From Blastocladiella emersonii ATCC 22665 (Eukaryota > Fungi > Blastocladiomycota): a stretch of 64,000 nucleotides of DNA. The notes beneath the pieces are model-generated. The model made no database searches and was not told the DNA's origin. It saw only the letters and a list, made by a program, of their open reading frames with translations. The DNA is taken from assembly GCA_025594325.1 (NCBI GenBank), contig JANHCV010000010.1, positions 1,671,364-1,735,363 of the forward strand. Direction: 5' to 3'. Positions 36,601 through 51,600 of this stretch are shown here, piece after piece (position 1 is the first letter of the stretch; every line of letters begins with the position of its first letter). A program made the translations under genes and the position numbers.

Positions 36601-39600
36601 CTGGCAATTGTCATGGCACTCAAACAAAACCATATTCAAATCTTCGACTTCCCGCATGCCCATGTGGGCAAGGACCTATAAATCACAGTATCGAACCAAC
36701 AAAATATCTGACCATAGAAACATAGTATACCAGCCACGAGGACAATTGTCATGGTACTCAAACAAAACCATATTCAAATCTTTGACTATTCACATGTCTA
36801 GCTGGTTGGCGACCCATAAATCGTAACATTGGAGCAACAAAATATCTGACCACGGAAATACAGTAAACAAGCCCCGGAGATAATTGTCATGGTTCTCAAA
36901 CAAAACCATATTCAGATCTTTGAATACCCCATGTCCAGGTGGTTGGGGGCCCAGAAATCGTAACATCGAACCAACAAAATATTTGACCATAGAAATATAC
37001 TAAACCAGCCACGTACGTAATTGTCGCGTTACTTAAACAAAACCATACTCAAAACTTTGACTTCCCGCATGTTCACCTAGCCAGGTACCCATAAATCACA
37101 GTATCGAGCCAACAAAAGATCTGACAATGGAAATATAGTAAACCGGCCGCGGAGAGAATTCTCATGGTACTCAAATGAAACCATACTCAAATCTATGACT
37201 TCCCACATGTCCAGCTGGTTGAGGACCCATAAATCGTAACGTCAAAGCAACAATGTATCTGACCATGGGAATATAGTAAACGAGCCCCGGAGATAATTGT
37301 CATGGTACGCAAACAAAACCATACTCAAGTCTATGCCTTCCCACATGTCCAGCTGGTTGGGGATCCATAAATCCCAGTATCGAACCAACAAGATATCTGA
37401 CCATTGGACTATATGTAACCGATCCCGTAGGTAATTGTCATGATACCCAAACAAAACCATATTCAAATCTTTCACATCCCGCATGTCCAGCTAGCCAGGG
37501 ACCCATAAATCACAGTATCCAACCAACAAAGTATCTGACCAAAGAAAGATCATAAACCAGCCACGCAGATAATTGTCATGGTATTCAAACAAAACCATAC
37601 TCAAATCTTCGAATACCCGATGTCCAGGTGGGCAAGGGCCTATACATCACAGTGTTGAACCAACAAAGTATCTGACGATCGGGATGTATCAAACCGGCCA
37701 TGCTGATAATTGTCATGGTACTCAAACATAATCATAGTCAAGTCTTCGAATATCCTCACGTCCACGTGGGCAAGGACCCAAAGCGCCAGGTATCCAAATC
37801 TACCCCGTTGTGCACACTCTCCATTATCCAAGTCTGTCATCCTACAATTTTGGAACCCGTCGGCAAAGCTCACGGTCCAATCAACGAACAACAGCCAACC
37901 TGCCAACCTGGCTACCTACCTGCCTACCTGCCTAGCTGGCTATCTGCCTACCTGCAAACCTGCCAACCTGCCCTACCTGCTAACCAAACACACACACCGC
38001 CTCGCAAGTCCTTGTGGGCCCGCGCTCTCTGGTTGCCGTCCCAGCCAACAAAGGAATGAATGATGAGCCCTGGCAGCCTGGCAGCCTGCCACACTGACAG
38101 CCTGGCAGCCTGCCACACTGACAGCCTGACAGCGCCCACCCAGTAGTTATTAGCTACCTCGTATGTCGTCTGAGAGGGGTTCAGCAGTCAATATACGACT
38201 GGTCTCCTCCTGGCTGGCAGCTCTGCTGTCCACTCCAAGTCCTGCATGATGATGGGCCAAGGAGGGTTACGAGCAGCTCCTCTGTCTATCCGCGTGAAAC
38301 CACTCACCCGCTGACGGATGTACACCACGCACCGTGCAGCGCGCACAGCGCACAGCGCCCAACGCACCACGCGCTGCGCACACGGCGCAAACGGCCACCC
38401 TGGTGACACGCACACTCGCATGAACGGCAGGCATGCAAGGCGTCCTGAACTCAACGATGATATATCGTCTAGGTCTGCTCGCTCCAACGGGTGCGCCTGC
38501 CTGCCCTCCCTGTGCCATGGATTGATTGATTCATGTCCAGTGCTGCCCCCATGCTTGCTTTCATGGCCGCGGGGTCCGTCAGGACGCCTTGCAATGGGTG
38601 CGCCAACCCCTGTTGCCAGCCATGTGGCAAGAAACACCACAGCACCTGCGTCGCCCTGGCCACCGTACCTTGCAAACAGCGTAGCAGCCGTACTGCTTCA
38701 GAGGGCTGCAGAGGGCTGGCTGCGGAGGGCTGAGGCGGCAGGGCTCCTCCTGCAGGAGACAGTACTGGGGCCAAGGAGTTAGTGCTAGGGACTACTAACT
38801 GAATGGTGAATGACCCACACACCACATGCTCCTGGCAGGAGTGCGTGTGGGCGCGTGGGCCTGTGTCCGTGCGTGCCTGGATTAGTCCTCCATCACAAGT
38901 GACCAAGGTGACCAAGGTGACCAAGGTGACCAAGGTGACCAAGGTGACATGCAAGCACCAAGTTAGAGCGGCGGGGCAGCCATGGAAAGAAGGGCACAGG
39001 TACAAACTACCGTACCCTGGCCGCGGCCACTAGTCGCAGAACAGCCCTGCATGGCTCAGGACGCGGCGGGCGTTGGAGACAGGGTAGGTAGGTAGGTAGC
39101 AGCAGCAGCAGCAAGGAGCAGGACCTGGCTGGCAAACAACACAAGTGAAGGCGTGCGTGATGGAGTGAGAGAGTGTTGAATGAATGGATGGGTGGATGCG
39201 ATGCAGACCAGCATACGTGTCGTGCGTCGTCCGGATTGGTCGGCGACCACCCGCCAATCCTGCGGCATGGCTGTGGGGGCGGCAGTGGTGGTAGTGGAGC
39301 TAGAGTGGTGTCGTGGGGCTGGTGGGGTCCCCTCTCCTTCCTGTCTCGCCTAGGTGGGTGGGCGGACGTAGCGCGCATGCGGGCGGGCAAGGTAGGAACG
39401 TTGTTCAAGCAATGGATCATGTACTTTATGGCATGTGATCTGCAAGACAGGGAGGGGGAGCGACTGTGTCTAATTTTGACCGAGGGACCTTGCTGCAGCC
39501 AACGTCTGGCCCAATCCGACCCTCCACAAATCGCAACATGCACGAAACAAATTAGCTGACGTTTGGGATGTACCAAACCAGCCACGTAGATAATTTTCAT

Positions 39601-42600
39601 GGTACTCAAACAAGACCATACTCAAATCTTTGACTTCCTGCATGTCCAGCTAGCCAGGCTTCTGTAAATCACATTAATGACGCAACAAAATATCTGGCCA
39701 TAAGAATATTGTAAACCAGCCACTCTGGCAATTGTCATGGCACTCAAACAAAACCATATTCAAATCTTCGACTTCCCGCATGCCCATGTGGGCAAGGACC
39801 TATAAATCACAGTATCGAACCAACAAAATATCTGACCATAGAAACATAGTATACCAGCCACGAGGACAATTGTCATGGTACTCAAACAAAACCATATTCA
39901 AATCTTTGACTATTCACATGTCTAGCTGGTTGGCGACCCATAAATCGTAACATTGGAGCAACAAAATATCTGACCACGGAAATACAGTAAACAAGCCCCG
40001 GAGATAATTGTCATGGTTCTCAAACAAAACCATATTCAGATCTTTGAATACCCCATGTCCAGGTGGTTGGGGGCCCAGAAATCGTAACATCGAACCAACA
40101 AAATATTTGACCATAGAAATATACTAAACCAGCCACGTACGTAATTGTCGCGTTACTTAAACAAAACCATACTCAAAACTTTGACTTCCCGCATGTTCAC
40201 CTAGCCAGGTACCCATAAATCACAGTATCGAGCCAACAAAAGATCTGACAATGGAAATATAGTAAACCGGCCGCGGAGAGAATTCTCATGGTACTCAAAT
40301 GAAACCATACTCAAATCTATGACTTCCCACATGTCCAGCTGGTTGAGGACCCATAAATCGTAACGTCAAAGCAACAATGTATCTGACCATGGGAATATAG
40401 TAAACGAGCCCCGGAGATAATTGTCATGGTACGCAAACAAAACCATACTCAAGTCTATGCCTTCCCACATGTCCAGCTGGTTGGGGATCCATAAATCCCA
40501 GTATCGAACCAACAAGATATCTGACCATTGGACTATATGTAACCGATCCCGTAGGTAATTGTCATGATACCCAAACAAAACCATATTCAAATCTTTCACA
40601 TCCCGCATGTCCAGCTAGCCAGGGACCCATAAATCACAGTATCCAACCAACAAAGTATCTGACCAAAGAAAGATCATAAACCAGCCACGCAGATAATTGT
40701 CATGGTATTCAAACAAAACCATACTCAAATCTTCGAATACCCGATGTCCAGGTGGGCAAGGGCCTATACATCACAGTGTTGAACCAACAAAGTATCTGAC
40801 GATCGGGATGTATCAAACCGGCCATGCTGATAATTGTCATGGTACTCAAACATAATCATAGTCAAGTCTTCGAATATCCTCACGTCCACGTGGGCAAGGA
40901 CCCAAAGCGCCAGGTATCCAAATCTACCCCGTTGTGCACACTCTCCATTATCCAAGTCTGTCATCCTACAATTTTGGAACCCGTCGGCAAAGCTCACGGT
41001 CCAATCAACGAACAACAGCCAACCTGCCAACCTGGCTACCTACCTGCCTACCTGCCTAGCTGGCTATCTGCCTACCTGCAAACCTGCCAACCTGCCCTAC
41101 CTGCTAACCAAACACACACACCGCCTCGCAAGTCCTTGTGGGCCCGCGCTCTCTGGTTGCCGTCCCAGCCAACAAAGGAATGAATGATGAGCCCTGGCAG
41201 CCTGGCAGCCTGCCACACTGACAGCCTGGCAGCCTGCCACACTGACAGCCTGACAGCGCCCACCCAGTAGTTATTAGCTACCTCGTATGTCGTCTGAGAG
41301 GGGTTCAGCAGTCAATATACGACTGGTCTCCTCCTGGCTGGCAGCTCTGCTGTCCACTCCAAGTCCTGCATGATGATGGGCCAAGGAGGGTTACGAGCAG
41401 CTCCTCTGTCTATCCGCGTGAAACCACTCACCCGCTGACGGATGTACACCACGCACCGTGCAGCGCGCACAGCGCACAGCGCCCAACGCACCACGCGCTG
41501 CGCACACGGCGCAAACGGCCACCCTGGTGACACGCACACTCGCATGAACGGCAGGCATGCAAGGCGTCCTGAACTCAACGATGATATATCGTCTAGGTCT
41601 GCTCGCTCCAACGGGTGCGCCTGCCTGCCCTCCCTGTGCCATGGATTGATTGATTCATGTCCAGTGCTGCCCCCATGCTTGCTTTCATGGCCGCGGGGTC
41701 CGTCAGGACGCCTTGCAATGGGTGCGCCAACCCCTGTTGCCAGCCATGTGGCAAGAAACACCACAGCACCTGCGTCGCCCTGGCCACCGTACCTTGCAAA
41801 CAGCGTAGCAGCCGTACTGCTTCAGAGGGCTGCAGAGGGCTGGCTGCGGAGGGCTGAGGCGGCAGGGCTCCTCCTGCAGGAGACAGTACTGGGGCCAAGG
41901 AGTTAGTGCTAGGGACTACTAACTGAATGGTGAATGACCCACACACCACATGCTCCTGGCAGGAGTGCGTGTGGGCGCGTGGGCCTGTGTCCGTGCGTGC
42001 CTGGATTAGTCCTCCATCACAAGTGACCAAGGTGACCAAGGTGACCAAGGTGACCAAGGTGACCAAGGTGACATGCAAGCACCAAGTTAGAGCGGCGGGG
42101 CAGCCATGGAAAGAAGGGCACAGGTACAAACTACCGTACCCTGGCCGCGGCCACTAGTCGCAGAACAGCCCTGCATGGCTCAGGACGCGGCGGGCGTTGG
42201 AGACAGGGTAGGTAGGTAGGTAGCAGCAGCAGCAGCAAGGAGCAGGACCTGGCTGGCAAACAACACAAGTGAAGGCGTGCGTGATGGAGTGAGAGAGTGT
42301 TGAATGAATGGATGGGTGGATGCGATGCAGACCAGCATACGTGTCGTGCGTCGTCCGGATTGGTCGGCGACCACCCGCCAATCCTGCGGCATGGCTGTGG
42401 GGGCGGCAGTGGTGGTAGTGGAGCTAGAGTGGTGTCGTGGGGCTGGTGGGGTCCCCTCTCCTTCCTGTCTCGCCTAGGTGGGTGGGCGGACGTAGCGCGC
42501 ATGCGGGCGGGCAAGGTAGGAACGTTGTTCAAGCAATGGATCATGTACTTTATGGCATGTGATCTGCAAGACAGGGAGGGGGAGCGACTGTGTCTAATTT

Positions 42601-45600
42601 TGACCGAGGGACCTTGCTGCAGCCAACGTCTGGCCCAATCCGACCCTCCACAAATCGCAACATGCACGAAACAAATTAGCTGACGTTTGGGATGTACCAA
42701 ACCAGCCACGTAGATAATTTTCATGGTACTCAAACAAGACCATACTCAAATCTTTGACTTCCTGCATGTCCAGCTAGCCAGGCTTCTGTAAATCACATTA
42801 ATGACGCAACAAAATATCTGGCCATAAGAATATTGTAAACCAGCCACTCTGGCAATTGTCATGGCACTCAAACAAAACCATATTCAAATCTTCGACTTCC
42901 CGCATGCCCATGTGGGCAAGGACCTATAAATCACAGTATCGAACCAACAAAATATCTGACCATAGAAACATAGTATACCAGCCACGAGGACAATTGTCAT
43001 GGTACTCAAACAAAACCATATTCAAATCTTTGACTATTCACATGTCTAGCTGGTTGGCGACCCATAAATCGTAACATTGGAGCAACAAAATATCTGACCA
43101 CGGAAATACAGTAAACAAGCCCCGGAGATAATTGTCATGGTTCTCAAACAAAACCATATTCAGATCTTTGAATACCCCATGTCCAGGTGGTTGGGGGCCC
43201 AGAAATCGTAACATCGAACCAACAAAATATTTGACCATAGAAATATACTAAACCAGCCACGTACGTAATTGTCGCGTTACTTAAACAAAACCATACTCAA
43301 AACTTTGACTTCCCGCATGTTCACCTAGCCAGGTACCCATAAATCACAGTATCGAGCCAACAAAAGATCTGACAATGGAAATATAGTAAACCGGCCGCGG
43401 AGAGAATTCTCATGGTACTCAAATGAAACCATACTCAAATCTATGACTTCCCACATGTCCAGCTGGTTGAGGACCCATAAATCGTAACGTCAAAGCAACA
43501 ATGTATCTGACCATGGGAATATAGTAAACGAGCCCCGGAGATAATTGTCATGGTACGCAAACAAAACCATACTCAAGTCTATGCCTTCCCACATGTCCAG
43601 CTGGTTGGGGATCCATAAATCCCAGTATCGAACCAACAAGATATCTGACCATTGGACTATATGTAACCGATCCCGTAGGTAATTGTCATGATACCCAAAC
43701 AAAACCATATTCAAATCTTTCACATCCCGCATGTCCAGCTAGCCAGGGACCCATAAATCACAGTATCCAACCAACAAAGTATCTGACCAAAGAAAGATCA
43801 TAAACCAGCCACGCAGATAATTGTCATGGTATTCAAACAAAACCATACTCAAATCTTCGAATACCCGATGTCCAGGTGGGCAAGGGCCTATACATCACAG
43901 TGTTGAACCAACAAAGTATCTGACGATCGGGATGTATCAAACCGGCCATGCTGATAATTGTCATGGTACTCAAACATAATCATAGTCAAGTCTTCGAATA
44001 TCCTCACGTCCACGTGGGCAAGGACCCAAAGCGCCAGGTATCCAAATCTACCCCGTTGTGCACACTCTCCATTATCCAAGTCTGTCATCCTACAATTTTG
44101 GAACCCGTCGGCAAAGCTCACGGTCCAATCAACGAACAACAGCCAACCTGCCAACCTGGCTACCTACCTGCCTACCTGCCTAGCTGGCTATCTGCCTACC
44201 TGCAAACCTGCCAACCTGCCCTACCTGCTAACCAAACACACACACCGCCTCGCAAGTCCTTGTGGGCCCGCGCTCTCTGGTTGCCGTCCCAGCCAACAAA
44301 GGAATGAATGATGAGCCCTGGCAGCCTGGCAGCCTGCCACACTGACAGCCTGGCAGCCTGCCACACTGACAGCCTGACAGCGCCCACCCAGTAGTTATTA
44401 GCTACCTCGTATGTCGTCTGAGAGGGGTTCAGCAGTCAATATACGACTGGTCTCCTCCTGGCTGGCAGCTCTGCTGTCCACTCCAAGTCCTGCATGATGA
44501 TGGGCCAAGGAGGGTTACGAGCAGCTCCTCTGTCTATCCGCGTGAAACCACTCACCCGCTGACGGATGTACACCACGCACCGTGCAGCGCGCACAGCGCA
44601 CAGCGCCCAACGCACCACGCGCTGCGCACACGGCGCAAACGGCCACCCTGGTGACACGCACACTCGCATGAACGGCAGGCATGCAAGGCGTCCTGAACTC
44701 AACGATGATATATCGTCTAGGTCTGCTCGCTCCAACGGGTGCGCCTGCCTGCCCTCCCTGTGCCATGGATTGATTGATTCATGTCCAGTGCTGCCCCCAT
44801 GCTTGCTTTCATGGCCGCGGGGTCCGTCAGGACGCCTTGCAATGGGTGCGCCAACCCCTGTTGCCAGCCATGTGGCAAGAAACACCACAGCACCTGCGTC
44901 GCCCTGGCCACCGTACCTTGCAAACAGCGTAGCAGCCGTACTGCTTCAGAGGGCTGCAGAGGGCTGGCTGCGGAGGGCTGAGGCGGCAGGGCTCCTCCTG
45001 CAGGAGACAGTACTGGGGCCAAGGAGTTAGTGCTAGGGACTACTAACTGAATGGTGAATGACCCACACACCACATGCTCCTGGCAGGAGTGCGTGTGGGC
45101 GCGTGGGCCTGTGTCCGTGCGTGCCTGGATTAGTCCTCCATCACAAGTGACCAAGGTGACCAAGGTGACCAAGGTGACCAAGGTGACCAAGGTGACATGC
45201 AAGCACCAAGTTAGAGCGGCGGGGCAGCCATGGAAAGAAGGGCACAGGTACAAACTACCGTACCCTGGCCGCGGCCACTAGTCGCAGAACAGCCCTGCAT
45301 GGCTCAGGACGCGGCGGGCGTTGGAGACAGGGTAGGTAGGTAGGTAGCAGCAGCAGCAGCAAGGAGCAGGACCTGGCTGGCAAACAACACAAGTGAAGGC
45401 GTGCGTGATGGAGTGAGAGAGTGTTGAATGAATGGATGGGTGGATGCGATGCAGACCAGCATACGTGTCGTGCGTCGTCCGGATTGGTCGGCGACCACCC
45501 GCCAATCCTGCGGCATGGCTGTGGGGGCGGCAGTGGTGGTAGTGGAGCTAGAGTGGTGTCGTGGGGCTGGTGGGGTCCCCTCTCCTTCCTGTCTCGCCTA

Positions 45601-48600
45601 GGTGGGTGGGCGGACGTAGCGCGCATGCGGGCGGGCAAGGTAGGAACGTTGTTCAAGCAATGGATCATGTACTTTATGGCATGTGATCTGCAAGACAGGG
45701 AGGGGGAGCGACTGTGTCTAATTTTGACCGAGGGACCTTGCTGCAGCCAACGTCTGGCCCAATCCGACCCTCCACAAATCGCAACATGCACGAAACAAAT
45801 TAGCTGACGTTTGGGATGTACCAAACCAGCCACGTAGATAATTTTCATGGTACTCAAACAAGACCATACTCAAATCTTTGACTTCCTGCATGTCCAGCTA
45901 GCCAGGCTTCTGTAAATCACATTAATGACGCAACAAAATATCTGGCCATAAGAATATTGTAAACCAGCCACTCTGGCAATTGTCATGGCACTCAAACAAA
46001 ACCATATTCAAATCTTCGACTTCCCGCATGCCCATGTGGGCAAGGACCTATAAATCACAGTATCGAACCAACAAAATATCTGACCATAGAAACATAGTAT
46101 ACCAGCCACGAGGACAATTGTCATGGTACTCAAACAAAACCATATTCAAATCTTTGACTATTCACATGTCTAGCTGGTTGGCGACCCATAAATCGTAACA
46201 TTGGAGCAACAAAATATCTGACCACGGAAATACAGTAAACAAGCCCCGGAGATAATTGTCATGGTTCTCAAACAAAACCATATTCAGATCTTTGAATACC
46301 CCATGTCCAGGTGGTTGGGGGCCCAGAAATCGTAACATCGAACCAACAAAATATTTGACCATAGAAATATACTAAACCAGCCACGTACGTAATTGTCGCG
46401 TTACTTAAACAAAACCATACTCAAAACTTTGACTTCCCGCATGTTCACCTAGCCAGGTACCCATAAATCACAGTATCGAGCCAACAAAAGATCTGACAAT
46501 GGAAATATAGTAAACCGGCCGCGGAGAGAATTCTCATGGTACTCAAATGAAACCATACTCAAATCTATGACTTCCCACATGTCCAGCTGGTTGAGGACCC
46601 ATAAATCGTAACGTCAAAGCAACAATGTATCTGACCATGGGAATATAGTAAACGAGCCCCGGAGATAATTGTCATGGTACGCAAACAAAACCATACTCAA
46701 GTCTATGCCTTCCCACATGTCCAGCTGGTTGGGGATCCATAAATCCCAGTATCGAACCAACAAGATATCTGACCATTGGACTATATGTAACCGATCCCGT
46801 AGGTAATTGTCATGATACCCAAACAAAACCATATTCAAATCTTTCACATCCCGCATGTCCAGCTAGCCAGGGACCCATAAATCACAGTATCCAACCAACA
46901 AAGTATCTGACCAAAGAAAGATCATAAACCAGCCACGCAGATAATTGTCATGGTATTCAAACAAAACCATACTCAAATCTTCGAATACCCGATGTCCAGG
47001 TGGGCAAGGGCCTATACATCACAGTGTTGAACCAACAAAGTATCTGACGATCGGGATGTATCAAACCGGCCATGCTGATAATTGTCATGGTACTCAAACA
47101 TAATCATAGTCAAGTCTTCGAATATCCTCACGTCCACGTGGGCAAGGACCCAAAGCGCCAGGTATCCAAATCTACCCCGTTGTGCACACTCTCCATTATC
47201 CAAGTCTGTCATCCTACAATTTTGGAACCCGTCGGCAAAGCTCACGGTCCAATCAACGAACAACAGCCAACCTGCCAACCTGGCTACCTACCTGCCTACC
47301 TGCCTAGCTGGCTATCTGCCTACCTGCAAACCTGCCAACCTGCCCTACCTGCTAACCAAACACACACACCGCCTCGCAAGTCCTTGTGGGCCCGCGCTCT
47401 CTGGTTGCCGTCCCAGCCAACAAAGGAATGAATGATGAGCCCTGGCAGCCTGGCAGCCTGCCACACTGACAGCCTGGCAGCCTGCCACACTGACAGCCTG
47501 ACAGCGCCCACCCAGTAGTTATTAGCTACCTCGTATGTCGTCTGAGAGGGGTTCAGCAGTCAATATACGACTGGTCTCCTCCTGGCTGGCAGCTCTGCTG
47601 TCCACTCCAAGTCCTGCATGATGATGGGCCAAGGAGGGTTACGAGCAGCTCCTCTGTCTATCCGCGTGAAACCACTCACCCGCTGACGGATGTACACCAC
47701 GCACCGTGCAGCGCGCACAGCGCACAGCGCCCAACGCACCACGCGCTGCGCACACGGCGCAAACGGCCACCCTGGTGACACGCACACTCGCATGAACGGC
47801 AGGCATGCAAGGCGTCCTGAACTCAACGATGATATATCGTCTAGGTCTGCTCGCTCCAACGGGTGCGCCTGCCTGCCCTCCCTGTGCCATGGATTGATTG
47901 ATTCATGTCCAGTGCTGCCCCCATGCTTGCTTTCATGGCCGCGGGGTCCGTCAGGACGCCTTGCAATGGGTGCGCCAACCCCTGTTGCCAGCCATGTGGC
48001 AAGAAACACCACAGCACCTGCGTCGCCCTGGCCACCGTACCTTGCAAACAGCGTAGCAGCCGTACTGCTTCAGAGGGCTGCAGAGGGCTGGCTGCGGAGG
48101 GCTGAGGCGGCAGGGCTCCTCCTGCAGGAGACAGTACTGGGGCCAAGGAGTTAGTGCTAGGGACTACTAACTGAATGGTGAATGACCCACACACCACATG
48201 CTCCTGGCAGGAGTGCGTGTGGGCGCGTGGGCCTGTGTCCGTGCGTGCCTGGATTAGTCCTCCATCACAAGTGACCAAGGTGACCAAGGTGACCAAGGTG
48301 ACCAAGGTGACCAAGGTGACATGCAAGCACCAAGTTAGAGCGGCGGGGCAGCCATGGAAAGAAGGGCACAGGTACAAACTACCGTACCCTGGCCGCGGCC
48401 ACTAGTCGCAGAACAGCCCTGCATGGCTCAGGACGCGGCGGGCGTTGGAGACAGGGTAGGTAGGTAGGTAGCAGCAGCAGCAGCAAGGAGCAGGACCTGG
48501 CTGGCAAACAACACAAGTGAAGGCGTGCGTGATGGAGTGAGAGAGTGTTGAATGAATGGATGGGTGGATGCGATGCAGACCAGCATACGTGTCGTGCGTC

Positions 48601-51600
48601 GTCCGGATTGGTCGGCGACCACCCGCCAATCCTGCGGCATGGCTGTGGGGGCGGCAGTGGTGGTAGTGGAGCTAGAGTGGTGTCGTGGGGCTGGTGGGGT
48701 CCCCTCTCCTTCCTGTCTCGCCTAGGTGGGTGGGCGGACGTAGCGCGCATGCGGGCGGGCAAGGTAGGAACGTTGTTCAAGCAATGGATCATGTACTTTA
48801 TGGCATGTGATCTGCAAGACAGGGAGGGGGAGCGACTGTGTCTAATTTTGACCGAGGGACCTTGCTGCAGCCAACGTCTGGCCCAATCCGACCCTCCACA
48901 AATCGCAACATGCACGAAACAAATTAGCTGACGTTTGGGATGTACCAAACCAGCCACGTAGATAATTTTCATGGTACTCAAACAAGACCATACTCAAATC
49001 TTTGACTTCCTGCATGTCCAGCTAGCCAGGCTTCTGTAAATCACATTAATGACGCAACAAAATATCTGGCCATAAGAATATTGTAAACCAGCCACTCTGG
49101 CAATTGTCATGGCACTCAAACAAAACCATATTCAAATCTTCGACTTCCCGCATGCCCATGTGGGCAAGGACCTATAAATCACAGTATCGAACCAACAAAA
49201 TATCTGACCATAGAAACATAGTATACCAGCCACGAGGACAATTGTCATGGTACTCAAACAAAACCATATTCAAATCTTTGACTATTCACATGTCTAGCTG
49301 GTTGGCGACCCATAAATCGTAACATTGGAGCAACAAAATATCTGACCACGGAAATACAGTAAACAAGCCCCGGAGATAATTGTCATGGTTCTCAAACAAA
49401 ACCATATTCAGATCTTTGAATACCCCATGTCCAGGTGGTTGGGGGCCCAGAAATCGTAACATCGAACCAACAAAATATTTGACCATAGAAATATACTAAA
49501 CCAGCCACGTACGTAATTGTCGCGTTACTTAAACAAAACCATACTCAAAACTTTGACTTCCCGCATGTTCACCTAGCCAGGTACCCATAAATCACAGTAT
49601 CGAGCCAACAAAAGATCTGACAATGGAAATATAGTAAACCGGCCGCGGAGAGAATTCTCATGGTACTCAAATGAAACCATACTCAAATCTATGACTTCCC
49701 ACATGTCCAGCTGGTTGAGGACCCATAAATCGTAACGTCAAAGCAACAATGTATCTGACCATGGGAATATAGTAAACGAGCCCCGGAGATAATTGTCATG
49801 GTACGCAAACAAAACCATACTCAAGTCTATGCCTTCCCACATGTCCAGCTGGTTGGGGATCCATAAATCCCAGTATCGAACCAACAAGATATCTGACCAT
49901 TGGACTATATGTAACCGATCCCGTAGGTAATTGTCATGATACCCAAACAAAACCATATTCAAATCTTTCACATCCCGCATGTCCAGCTAGCCAGGGACCC
50001 ATAAATCACAGTATCCAACCAACAAAGTATCTGACCAAAGAAAGATCATAAACCAGCCACGCAGATAATTGTCATGGTATTCAAACAAAACCATACTCAA
50101 ATCTTCGAATACCCGATGTCCAGGTGGGCAAGGGCCTATACATCACAGTGTTGAACCAACAAAGTATCTGACGATCGGGATGTATCAAACCGGCCATGCT
50201 GATAATTGTCATGGTACTCAAACATAATCATAGTCAAGTCTTCGAATATCCTCACGTCCACGTGGGCAAGGACCCAAAGCGCCAGGTATCCAAATCTACC
50301 CCGTTGTGCACACTCTCCATTATCCAAGTCTGTCATCCTACAATTTTGGAACCCGTCGGCAAAGCTCACGGTCCAATCAACGAACAACAGCCAACCTGCC
50401 AACCTGGCTACCTACCTGCCTACCTGCCTAGCTGGCTATCTGCCTACCTGCAAACCTGCCAACCTGCCCTACCTGCTAACCAAACACACACACCGCCTCG
50501 CAAGTCCTTGTGGGCCCGCGCTCTCTGGTTGCCGTCCCAGCCAACAAAGGAATGAATGATGAGCCCTGGCAGCCTGGCAGCCTGCCACACTGACAGCCTG
50601 GCAGCCTGCCACACTGACAGCCTGACAGCGCCCACCCAGTAGTTATTAGCTACCTCGTATGTCGTCTGAGAGGGGTTCAGCAGTCAATATACGACTGGTC
50701 TCCTCCTGGCTGGCAGCTCTGCTGTCCACTCCAAGTCCTGCATGATGATGGGCCAAGGAGGGTTACGAGCAGCTCCTCTGTCTATCCGCGTGAAACCACT
50801 CACCCGCTGACGGATGTACACCACGCACCGTGCAGCGCGCACAGCGCACAGCGCCCAACGCACCACGCGCTGCGCACACGGCGCAAACGGCCACCCTGGT
50901 GACACGCACACTCGCATGAACGGCAGGCATGCAAGGCGTCCTGAACTCAACGATGATATATCGTCTAGGTCTGCTCGCTCCAACGGGTGCGCCTGCCTGC
51001 CCTCCCTGTGCCATGGATTGATTGATTCATGTCCAGTGCTGCCCCCATGCTTGCTTTCATGGCCGCGGGGTCCGTCAGGACGCCTTGCAATGGGTGCGCC
51101 AACCCCTGTTGCCAGCCATGTGGCAAGAAACACCACAGCACCTGCGTCGCCCTGGCCACCGTACCTTGCAAACAGCGTAGCAGCCGTACTGCTTCAGAGG
51201 GCTGCAGAGGGCTGGCTGCGGAGGGCTGAGGCGGCAGGGCTCCTCCTGCAGGAGACAGTGCTGGGGCCAAGGAGTTAGTGCTAGGGACTACTAACTGAAT
51301 GGTGAATGACCCACACACCACATGCTCCTGGCAGGAGTGCGTGTGGGCGCGTGGGCCTGTGTCCGTGCGTGCCTGGATTAGTCCTCCATCACAAGTGACC
51401 AAGGTGACCAAGGTGACCAAGGTGACCAAGGTGACCAAGGTGACATGCAAGCACCAAGTTAGAGCGGCGGGGCAGCCATGGAAAGAAGGGCACAGGTACA
51501 AACTACCGTACCCTGGCCGCGGCCACTAGTCGCAGAACAGCCCTGCATGGCTCAGGACGCGGCGGGCGTTGGAGACAGGGTAGGTAGGTAGGTAGCAGCA